Assembly (NCBI GenBank): GCA_951406725.2
Contig: OX597824.1
Span: forward strand, 18,104,001-18,168,000
DNA from: Octopus vulgaris
Lineage: Eukaryota
Length of the DNA stretch: 64,000 nucleotides
Reading direction: 5' to 3'
The notes under the pieces: generated by a model
What the model saw: only the letters and a program-made list of their open reading frames with translations
What the model was told of the DNA's origin: nothing
The model's database searches: none
Position numbers and translations under genes: made by a program
In this document: positions 52,582-64,000 of the stretch, piece by piece
Numbering within the stretch: the first letter of the stretch is position 1
Layout: the number at the start of each line of letters is the position of its first letter

Positions 52582-53210
52582 AGGCGGCGAGTTGGCAGAA
52601 ACGTTAGCACGACGCACGACGGGCGAAATACTTGGCGGTATTTCGTCTGTTTTCCCGTTCTGAGTTCAAATTCCACCGAGTTTGGCTTTGCCTTTCATCC
52701 TTTCGGGGTCGATAAATTAAGTACCAATTACGCACTAGGGTCGATGTAATCGACTTAATCTGTTTGTCTGTCCTTGTTTGTCCCCTCTATGTTTATCCCC
52801 GTGTGGGCAATAAAGAAATAAGAAACGTTAGCTCGACGGGCGAAATAAGGCGGCGTGCTGGCAGAAACGTTAGCACGCCGGGCGAAATACTTAGCGGTAT
52901 TTCGTCTGTTTATCCGTTGAGTTCAAATTCCACCGAGGTTGACTTTGCCTTTCATCCTTTCGGGGTCGATAAATTAAGTACCAGTTACGAACTGGGGTCG
53001 ATGTAATCGACTTAATACCTATGTCTGTCCTTGTTTGTTCCCTCTGTGTTTATCCCCCTTGTGGGTAATAAAAGAAATAGAAATAGGTATTTCGTCTGTT
53101 TATCCATTCTGAGTTCAAATTCGATCGAGGTTGATTTTGCCTTTCATCCTTTCGGGGTCGATAAATAAAGTACTAGTTGCGGTACTTTCGGGCCTTGTAC
53201 CTACAGTTGA
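52582..53210 (+). mobile_element. SINE family B, tandem array of about 3 copies
   Basis: Repeated ggtatttcgtctg...gagttcaaattcc...cctttcggggtcgataaa. Confidence 0.82.
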
Positions 53211-53523
53211 AAAGAAAAGAATATTTTCCCTTTCGTATGGGCATATATTTTACTGTAAAACATATCTGTTCGTTGACATTTCCTTTTGGGTTGTAGAAAC
53301 AGTGAACATACTTATCATGAATTAGAATGTTTTGGAAGGCATATACAGTTATATATTTATAAATTTATATTTTGCTTATTAATTTATAATCGCCGGCAAA
53401 ACTTCATATTGAAGTGCCTGTTTGCTGTAAATGTTATTCGTTTGAATGCTACAGAGTATCTGATGCTAATTGCTATGAATAAAAATAAGCGTTTACAATA
53501 TAATCACTTGTATGTGTATACAT

Positions 53524-53606
<83 letters not shown>

Positions 53607-53662
53607 ATTTACAATTATACACACATACGCTCATAACTGCTCATACACACACGTTTGTATGT

Positions 53663-53780
<118 letters not shown>

Positions 53781-54269
53781 ATTATACTCACACATATACA
53801 TATATACGAGTACATAAGTGCATACATGCACACGTAAGACGCTGCGTCTCTCTTAAGCCCAACATCTTCTGCACATGGGAGGACTCAAAGAAAACCTTAT
53901 TCCATAGGAAATGGTTAATCGTTTTGCTTTTAATACGTCCGGCAAAAACTTTAAAGTAATTTCATGGCATTATATACCGGAAGAGTCCATTTCCCCTTTA
54001 AGCATAGAATGCCTCACAATAGCTACCATACTGCTAAAGTGGTCCGCCATGTATATATGTTTTGCGATGGAGCTATTAGTTCCCTAGCTTTTTGAATTAT
54101 ATATATAAGGTTTCAATCCTTAGGGAATTCTGTGTTACGCAAACTTTTCATTTACAAACCTCATAATCGTTAGCAGATTTTAATAGTAACCACGGCGCCA
54201 ACGACTGCGATGCATAAAGTTCTATATACGCTTTATATTCAATAACCCAAATACGTAAAAATAAGAATA

Positions 54270-54324
<55 letters not shown>

Positions 54325-54334
54325 TGTATACATG

Positions 54335-54381
<47 letters not shown>

Positions 54382-54754
54382 GTATGATTATATGCATAGC
54401 AGTATAGGCATATGTATATGTATGATATATTCATGTGTATATGCAAACGAATAAATACAAGTATATTATGCGTATATGTACCTATACATATATACATATT
54501 ATTTTTACTACTATTATTGTTGTTGTTGTTGTTATTATTGTTGTTGTTGTTGTTGTTGTTGTTGCTGCTGTTGTATGTGTTATATACATGTGTATAGACA
54601 TCCTCACAAAATCGAACACAGACCACTCCCCCACAGGCGCGCACCATACACATATTCTAAGGGTCCTATATCTGGGGAAAGCACATACGTGACTTGAAGT
54701 CAAATATTTCTGGGGATGTGCTGGCGGTTGGATTCTCGTACATGTGCGCGCTCC

Positions 54755-54810
<56 letters not shown>

Positions 54811-54928
54811 TGTGTGTTTGTGCGTCTGTGTGCCTCTGGCTTTATGTGCGCATACGTGTATGTGTGAGGGATTATCTTTGAATATATGTGCACCACATAT
54901 ATATGCCTATATATACATACAAATATGC

Positions 54929-54971
<43 letters not shown>

Positions 54972-55763
54972 TACATGTATGAATGCACCTATAATATAAC
55001 TACAAGGAGATTGAAAGAGACAAAGAAAGAGAGATAGATTGAGAGAATCGTAGAAGGGAACAAGACATACCAGATGTATAGATAGAGAAGGCGATTACAA
55101 CAAAGATAAGAAGAAATTGAGATGTTCAGATGCTTCAAGTCAGTTCGAAGAATTACATGTAGTTAAGTCTATAAAATGAAGCATGTTTCAAATTATGGTA
55201 ATATAGTTATTGAGCGGTGTTTGTTAGTTTGCAAGAATTTATTAGACGCATTTGACAAGTGAAAATGTAATCACATCAATCAAAACAGGCGACATTTAAA
55301 AGACGCGTTGGAAGCAGCTGAAAATTATGACAAGATACATCCCAGGCGAATAACCACAGGGTATTCAACATTGATCAATGACAGATGAATAAAACCACAT
55401 AATACGATGTATCACATGCAGTTTTATCGATTCATGGAAGCTCTGTTATCATGTGGTAGTCACCATAAAGTCGGCATGCTTATCATGAGAGTACACTGTA
55501 ATAATATTCATACCCTCCCCCCTTCAACCTAAAGCCGCTAAAAAACGGTCACAGATGTGTATACAATTATGTGTAATATGTACACTGTACGAGGAGTGCG
55601 TTAATTCGATTCGCATGAGTAGCGAATTATACATGTATGTATGTGTTCATGTATATATATATTTGGGTGTGGCTATATGTCTGTAAATATGCGTGTGTGT
55701 ATATATAGATAATACACACACACACAACATATATATATATATATATATATGTTATATATATAG

Positions 55764-55815
<52 letters not shown>

Positions 55816-55939
55816 GTAGAATGACAGATAGATAGATAGAAAATACGTGTAATATATTGGTTGGGAACATCGTAGATTTGAGTAAATCACGGTTGCACAG
55901 AAACACATACGTAATGCAAACACATGTACGTAAAGAGAT

Positions 55940-55993
<54 letters not shown>

Positions 55994-56055
55994 ACACACT
56001 CATGCAATCACACGCACTCATATATGCATGCATTTTATGTACATGCTTTTACGTG

Positions 56056-56090
<35 letters not shown>

Positions 56091-56103
56091 GAATGTATGT
56101 ATG

Positions 56104-56149
<46 letters not shown>

Positions 56150-58303
56150 AAAATATATGTATGTATATATGCATACGCCATTACCATATATCCATTGATG
56201 CATTAATATATAAAAAAAGTGGAAGAGTGTTATTTGATGGGGTAGATTATCTGCCATCAATATACGACAGAAATATACAATTAATGTGTCACAATTATAT
56301 ACTCATGTATTCCATTTACTCACTGTTCCTGGCGATCTAACCCCCCCACACACAAACACACACGTACACACAAACATACATGACTAAGCAGTACTTCATT
56401 GAAATATATGCAAAGAAAAACTGTATATGAAACGTATATTCAAAATATATACGCGTGTGTGTGTACAAGCCAAGTGTTCTCTTACAGATTTGATTATTTC
56501 ATTTGTAAGTTTTTAATATTTCGTACCAGCCTAGATTTCTCAATAATATACATTTGTGCCTTTCTCTATATGTCCCACGGATAATAAGAATCATGTGTAA
56601 TGTTAGTTGTTTTGGTCGTTTGACTTAAAAGCTTAGAAATTTGAACTCACCATACATTATAATTTCTTTTGACATACTACTAAAAGGCCCGATAATGATG
56701 TACCAGAATATATATATATATACATAAATATGTATGTATGTCTATGTATGTATGTATGTATGTATGTATGTATGTATGTATGTATGTATGTATGTATGTA
56801 TGCATGTACGTGTCTGTTTCGGTAGACACTGATATATGCTTATACATACGTGTTATGTGTATATGTAATCCAATACATAGGTAAGTATGTATGATACATA
56901 TAATAATATTACGTGTGTATATATAGTTAGATAAATAGACGGACAAACAGACAGACAGTTACATATATATACATATATATATATATGTATATGTATATAT
57001 ATATGTAAAAATAGATAGATAGATAGATAGATAGACAGACATATATATATATATATACCTATATATATGATAAATATATGTATATATACATATATAAATT
57101 ATATATATATGTATATATATATGTATATATGTATGTATACATCTTATACTATTCTATAATGTGTTTATGTTAATAAAAAAATCTCTACTTGGTCGCCGAA
57201 CTTGTTAGACATAGCCACAAACCATTCCTCAATTTACACTTTAATAAAGTATCAGAAAATCAAGGTACCACTTGGTAATTTGAACTTTGAAATTCAACAA
57301 CTTATTATATAACAGTTACGCAGTGTAAATAAGGGACAGAGTGAAGACTATTGAAAAGTTTGTAAGGCGCAATGAAAATTTTAGGAAAATAGAAATAAGA
57401 AACAAGTGGAAATTTTACAGGTGAGTGTGTTACATTATATAGCACAAAAAGAAAATGACTCTCCCCAGACACAACAGAATATGCTTCAACACACGAACTC
57501 ACATAAAGAATCTTGCAAACCAAATTCAAAAACAAATCTATAAGTGTTTTGACAAATAACCACACAATAATGTCTTCCACAGCACAATATTTCATTAACT
57601 GATAGAGCTCCATTACACGATCATTCGACATGAGAGTAACAGCAGCCAAACGTCCCTCATATAGTACCTTTCTATCTTAGATGGTAGTTTCAAATTTAGG
57701 CACAATGTCAATAACTTTGAAGGAATTTCGGTTTAGTAGATACCATTGATTCAGTATTCGATTAGTACTTTATTTTATCGCTCCAGAAAATAATGGATAG
57801 CAATGTTAAACACTACAGGAATTTGGAAGCAAAATAAAACTTTAAATAATGGTAACATATATTGGGAAATATAGCCCTGAATATATTTATTATGACGGGT
57901 TGTTCAAAGAGGAAATGATTTCAGGCATTGCTTCTTGGAGGTAGATAGACAAATTCTTACCGTTATTGAAATACACATATTTTCAAAAGTTTGCACCGCG
58001 TGACAGAGTTTAGAATTTTTATTCATAAACAGAAATAGCAACTCTAAAAGTATGAATGAAAGATTGTAGAGGAACTTTAACTGGTTGCTATCATCCCATA
58101 CTTGAGAGAAACTTCTCGGTTTTCACAAAGTTAATTAGCGATTCAAGAAATGTCAAAAGTTTTTAAGAAAAAAATATATATAACTATTAAGTTTTAAATA
58201 TTAATGTTGCAGGATAATTCTTAAACATGTTTGCGCACATGTGGGCGTGTATACACACACACACACCACACACACACACACACAGATAAACACATATATA
58301 TGA

Positions 58304-58398
<95 letters not shown>

Positions 58399-59510
58399 TA
58401 TATATATATATGTAAAGGTGTCTTATACTTCTTTTCGAGACGAGAAGTACAAGTTTATGATTATGTTTGTAATTACATATGTTTGTGTTTATGAATGTAT
58501 ATTTTCTATGTATATTAATTACTTTGTTTTTTTTTTTACCTTTCTTTTGAATGTTCCTTTATTTTACGTCTAGTATACATTTGGAAAATCCTAAATATTT
58601 ACAGCTTCGTTCTTGAATACATAAAATAGATAGTTACATAAACATAAACATCAACAACATCTGAAGACTTTAAAACCTTTTGTTTCTAAATTATTCCATA
58701 CACCCAACAGTAAACATCATTAAAGAGTTTTGCAAGCTTTTGTTTATATATATATATATATATATGTATATATTTACATTAATTTTTATCTTTTTCGTTT
58801 TTGGCTTCCGTTTTGTGATTTTGTATTTGTTTTTGCGGAGGTGGCAGATACGATTATTATATTATTTTATATTTCATACATTTATTAGTTTGTTTGTTTA
58901 GTTATGCTTTTACTATATTTTATTTAAATTTCATGTATTTCATTCTCTTCTTTGTTTAAATGACGACATAAAGTAATCGATGTAAACATTTTCAATTTGA
59001 CGTCGTAACAACATTTTTATTGAAATCGAAGAAAACATATCAAGAAGAACAAATGAAAGATAACATTTTGTTTTATATGAATCGATAAGGATTGATAAAT
59101 TAATATTAGAATTTCACGAGTTTTAAATTTCGGTTTTTACTTTAATTCTTTTCTCTTTTTCTCCCCCTCTCTCTTTTATATTCTTCTAGTTTGTTCTTCA
59201 CTGTCGTTGTTTGAATTTTAGAATATATATATATATATATATATTTTACAGTATTTCCTATAGATGTTTCTTTTCTTATTAAATGAATAATGTATGTTTG
59301 TATAATTTGCCAAATATTTACACATAGAGATGTTAATTCCTCTTAACAAAGACTTGACGGCGGAATGAAAATATTTAAATATTTACATAAATAAGCATTG
59401 AGCTGTTTGAATGTCGAATGTGTTTTGTCCTGTCAAAAACTTTACCAAGGTATACTCACGCACAAACATATGCTCACACTTCAGCACACAAACATGCCTA
59501 TGTATGTATG

Positions 59511-59544
<34 letters not shown>

Positions 59545-59697
59545 TGTATGTATGTATGTATATATGTATGTATGTATGTATGTTTGTATGTATGTATGTA
59601 TATATGTATCACGTATGTATGTATGTACGCATGTATGTTTGTATGTTTCTATGTATGTATGTATGTATGCATGTATGTATTCATGTATAAACGTATT

Positions 59698-59743
<46 letters not shown>

Positions 59744-60112
59744 GGTAGCCATGTATATATGCATGTAACTATCTTTGTGCGTATGCATGCATGTATGTAT
59801 ATCTGTCTATCACTATGTATGCATGTATATATATGCATGTATTTATATATGTGTAACAAGTTATAACTATTTCATTATCGAATTTTTTTCAAAAACAGGT
59901 TGTGTACACATAACGAGAATAATATATTTACACTTTATAAGTAATATGAACATATGTGTATATATATTATATTATAATACATTATATTATATTTTTTGAT
60001 AACACGCGAAGCAAAAGTTAAAGGCAATATGGCTTGTACAGGTGCTTCGGTATCAATGTATATACCTGCTTACACATACATACACACAGAAATGCAAGCA
60101 TACACGCATAGT

Positions 60113-60376
60113 TACTCTTTTACTCTTTTACTTGTTTCAGTCATTTGACTGCGGCCATGCTGGAGCACCGCCTTTAGTCGAGCAAATCGACCCCGGGACT
60201 TATTCTTTGTAAGCCCAGTACTTATTCTATCGGTTCTCTTTTTTTTGCCGAACCGCTATGTGACGGGGACGTAAACAATCCAGCATCGGTTGTCAAGCAA
60301 TGCTAGGGGGACAAACACAGACACACAAACACACACACATACATACATATACATATATATACATATACATATATAC
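60113..60376 (-). mobile_element. SINE family A, 3' half ending in its internal microsatellite
   Basis: Near-identical to 24990-25230. Confidence 0.82.
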
Positions 60377-60485
60377 TGGTGGTGACGCACCCAAAAGGCA
60401 AATACATAAATGCTTATAATTGCAATGCAATTAATTCATTTATTGTATTAGATGGGCGAAGGTAAAATATTTTACCTCAAATTCA

Positions 60486-60885
60486 TAATGCAAATAAGAA
60501 AATGGAGGAACAGATTCATTTCAATCATCGACTTATAGATATTGCCAATTCATATTACTTATTAACTACATAAATAGGAACATCTAAACCCAGACCCGGC
60601 CTTGAGATATATATATATATAAGTAACTCATTTTTAACTGCATATTACCTCAATACATTTGACTAATATAAGCAGAATGAGATACTTTATCTACAGGCTG
60701 AAACAGCTGTAAGATCCACTTTTGTGTATTATTTTTATGGTATTATATTACTTATTGATGTATATTGTTTTGTTTTGTTGGATTTTGATGTTCCTATTTA
60801 TGTAGTTAATAAATAATATGAATTGCTAATATCTATAAGTCGATGATTGAAATGAATCTGTTCTTCCATTTTCTTATTTGTATTA
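60486..60885. mobile_element. Inverted ~107-bp arms around (TA)n and a hammerhead 3' half; probable inverted PLE pseudo-LTR remnant
   Basis: 60486-60592 is roughly the reverse complement of 60779-60885 (a few mismatches); GAAA-cagctg-TA-agatcc at 60700-60717. Confidence 0.6.
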
Positions 60886-60905
60886 CACCCCCACCCCCCA
60901 CCCCC

Positions 60906-60950
<45 letters not shown>

Positions 60951-60962
60951 TATATATATATA

Positions 60963-61283
60963 TGAGGGCATTCGAATCATAACTGCGAATATAATTGACT
61001 GAACCACACGTGTGTTTGACGTTATGTTAAAATCTGGTGTTTGTATTCAAGACAAATTCTACTGAAGAGCTACAGATATATTATGTAAGTAAAATTCCAT
61101 AATCCATTAATAGCGAAACAATTGTCTAGAATTAATCTACATTTTTGTTATTTTTCATTTGTCCTGCTCGTTTACGTTCATAGTTGTGCTAATTCTCCTT
61201 GGAAACAATTCTTGGTGGTTGAGACCATAGTGGATCTACTTTTAGCGCAAGAGTCGACCACATAGTGGACACTCTCTTATATT

Positions 61284-61284
<1 letters not shown>
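60963..61284 (+). mobile_element. About 320-bp non-coding hammerhead element between two (TA)n tracts
   Basis: (TA)n at 60908-60962 and 61285-61318; canonical HHR inside. Confidence 0.75.
61055..61133 (+). ncRNA. Canonical type I hammerhead ribozyme with a palindromic stem III
   Basis: aattcta-CTGAAGA-gcta[...]tagc-GAAA-caattg-TC-tagaatt; 7-bp stem I; predicted cleavage after C61126. Confidence 0.9.
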
Positions 61285-61324
<40 letters not shown>

Positions 61325-62430
61325 TATGTATGTATGTATTGTAAAAGGGGAATATTTAAAATGTTCCATTTGCACATATGTCTAGGTGTTTACTACATGG
61401 AACATTTCAAAAAGATGAATCATTAATTTGTGGTTCATACACGCTTACACAACCGCCAAGCTCTTACTTTCTTTTCGGCTTAATCTTATTTAATTCTCAT
61501 TACATGGGGGCATGTGATGCAATAGATGAAAGTTTTTGATTGGCAATTCATATTTGCATTCACTTTTAATTCCTTCCCATTCTTGAATCTTTTGTTTGTT
61601 CCTTGCTCAATTATTTCGCATGTCCATCTAGGAGCGTTTCTCCAGTTTGATACTTGTAACAATTGTTTCCCTCATATGAATCTCGCCTTTTTTTTAGAAG
61701 ACCCTTGAGATTTGGTCGTTGTCTTCGGCTGTTGAAGATTTGTGATATTTAATTAATTGTCAGAGATTTGACGACTGATGCAGAATTGGGAGGTATAGTT
61801 TGGCTGAACGGAGAAGGATGTGGTTTGTCGCATATAAGGGTGGCTACAAATGAAATTTATATATTTGTATTTTCGTTTTCACCCCAAGCATGATTGTTTT
61901 TTCTGTAAGGTATTGAACGAGATTTCTTTTGCTTCGATAATCGCATGACTTATTAATATTTTGAGGTATTTGTGATTTTGAAGGAACATTTAGTTCTACC
62001 AGTTCTATTGATGTCTGTAACTATTGAGCATATAAGTCTTGGAATGTTGAATGGAATGCTCCTTTTTCTGTTTGGGAAAGGTCGCAAGATCTAAAATCTA
62101 AATATTGGCGTGTATCTGTGTTCTTTCAGTAGTGATCGGTCGTAACTGTCTCATTTTCTTTAATCTTTAGAATGTCGAGAAAAATGAGTTCCATTTCATT
62201 AAGTTCCATAGTGAACTGGATCGATTCTCGTATGCTGCTCATCATTTTAAGAAATCGTGTTCCAAAGTATTAAGCAGTCATCCCAAAATTTTTTTCTAGT
62301 TCCAAATTAAATAAGTTTGAGAATGATGACGGAAGTAGTTCTGGACATAACTAGTCTCGCAAACATTGTTGCGACTTTCGTCTCAATTACCTGCCCTTGT
62401 ATTTATCAATGAAGTAGTTGTATTCCAGTA

Positions 62431-62756
62431 GTGAGGGCGCGTGGCTTAGTTGTTAGGGCATTCGGCTCATGATCGTAAGGTTGTGAGTTCGATGTCCGGC
62501 GACGCGTTGTGTCCTTGAGCAAGACACTTTATTTCACGTTGATCCAGTCCACTCAGCTGGCAAAAATGAGTTGTACTTGTATTTCAAAGGGTCAGCCTTG
62601 TCGCGCTCTGTGTCACGCTGATTATCCCCGAGAACTACGTTAAGGGTACACGTGTCTGTGGAATGCTCAGCCATTTGCACGTTAATTTCACGAGCAAGCT
62701 GTTCCGTTGATCGTATCAGCTGGGACCCTCGTCGTCGTAACCGGCGGAGTCTTTAA
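62431..62756 (+). mobile_element. SINE family D inserted in the PLE relic, with TSD
   Basis: 15-bp TSD agttgtattccagta at 62416-62430 and 62757-62771; near-identical to 51720-52045. Confidence 0.9.
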
Positions 62757-62809
62757 AGTTGTATTCCAGTAATAACCATAATCTTTCAAGTATAAATTCT
62801 TTTTAATTA

Positions 62810-63040
62810 AGGCGGCGAGCTGGCAGAAACGTTAGCGTGCCGGGCGAAATGCTTAGCGTTATTTCGTCTGCTTCTACATTCTGAGTTCAAATGTCGCCGA
62901 GTTCGACTTTGCCTTTCTTCCTTTCGGGATGGATAAATAAAGTACCAGCTACGCACTGGGGTCGATGCAATCTACTTAATCCCTTTGTCTGTCCTTGTTT
63001 GTCCCCTCTATGTTTAGCCCCTTGTGGGCAATAAAGACAT
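62810..63040 (+). mobile_element. SINE family B inserted in the PLE relic
   Basis: Full family B unit. Confidence 0.85.
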
Positions 63041-63649
63041 CTACAAAACCTCTACAAAACCATTTCTGAATTCGCTGTGGCTATTTGTCTACGATGGGTT
63101 CAACTGCTTCTAATCCTAATCAATGGGGTCTATTTGTGTATAGACTGGTTACTTCAAAGCTAACTAGGATTGTCTATTTACCTATTCTTTCTGGAATATG
63201 GCTTAGGAAGTCAATGACACTCTTGGTGGAATTATTAGTGCAAAGGTTTGAAGATATGTCAAGTAGATGGTTAAATTGTATATGTATATACACAAAGTTA
63301 TAAATAATGGTCATTACATGTTCTTTGAGAAAGAGATAGCGAGGAATCTTTCCTTGCTTATATGTGTCTGAGACTATGTATTTATATAGATATATGCCGT
63401 GAAATGTATATATAAAAGGTGAGTAAAAGTGTAACTTAAATATGAATTTCGAATTAGTATTGATAAGCGATAAGTTATATAGATTAATTGTCCACAAGTA
63501 TAAGTTGTCATTGCACTGAATTGATTTTACAATAATCTATGAAAATTAACACTACAGATTGTGAACACTAATAATGTGTGCGGATTTCCAACACAGTGAA
63601 CACAAACGCACAAATACACATACATACACTAACATACATACATACATAC

Positions 63650-63734
<85 letters not shown>

Positions 63735-63755
63735 GTATATATACATATATATATA

Positions 63756-63832
<77 letters not shown>

Positions 63833-63833
63833 G

Positions 63834-64000
63834 GTGGTGTGGCGCGCGGACCTCTACAAGACCGAAGCCCTCTGCCAAATTCAAGACGCTTTCTTCTACT
63901 GCCCTCTGCCCTCTGACCCCACGCCCAGCTACCAACAGGCTGTGTCTTCCATTATCCCCGACCTCATCTCCTCCTTCCGTCTCCCCCCACCACTTCCAAC
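63834..64000 (+). mobile_element. 5'-truncated C-rich Neptune-type PLE, RT N-terminal region, starting right after (TA)n and continuing beyond the window
   Basis: Translates [47 protein letters not shown], matching the PLE (ADKGGA)VVVWxxDLYxxEAxRQLxDxxxYxxLxxDPT motif; not in the ORF track because it has no stop within the window. Confidence 0.75.

Larger units (their letters stand above)
61340..63330 (-). pseudogene. Degenerate near-full-length Neptune-type Penelope-like element (RT plus GIY-YIG), interrupted by two SINEs
   Basis: Minus strand, in order: ILVSFEVTSLYTNRP.*LGLEAV (about 63100-63172), IQGQVIETKVATMFARLVM (about 62347-62403), DDCLILW (about 62262-62282), QFTME...LIFLDIL, TDTRQYLDFRSC, NMNCQSKTFIYCITCP (about 61505-61555); many stops and frameshifts. 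Confidence 0.85.

Noticed and set aside
52582-53210. Regularly recurring repeats resembling a CRISPR-like array
   Set aside because: Tandem SINE copies in eukaryotic DNA, with no unique spacers and no cas genes

Overview
AT-rich, repeat-saturated eukaryotic non-coding DNA (intergenic or intronic). The SINE families and the very dense (TA)n/(TAA)n/(CA)n/(GAT)n microsatellites suggest an octopus (coleoid cephalopod) genome; this is an inference from repeat style. I found no convincing host exon, tRNA, rRNA or CRISPR. Nearly all ORFs in the track are translated microsatellites. The real coding content is transposon-derived: a young 5'-truncated and inverted Penelope-like element (PLE) with an open RT-thumb plus GIY-YIG frame (28463-30558), an old near-full-length Neptune-type PLE relic (61340-63330), a Neptune fragment running off the window end, RTE and RLE LINE fragments and a Tc1/mariner relic. 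There are also four tRNA-headed SINE families, non-autonomous Helitrons and two MITEs. The most striking signal is about 11 type I hammerhead ribozyme (HHR) motifs, plus a few degenerate ones. They fall into at least five sequence families, and most sit in short elements abutting (TA)n tracts. They include a 595-nt terminally redundant, non-coding, retrozyme-like unit with an inverted partial copy (1-948) and recurrent non-canonical cores (CUGUNGA, CCGANGA). All folds and alignments were done by eye and need computational confirmation.
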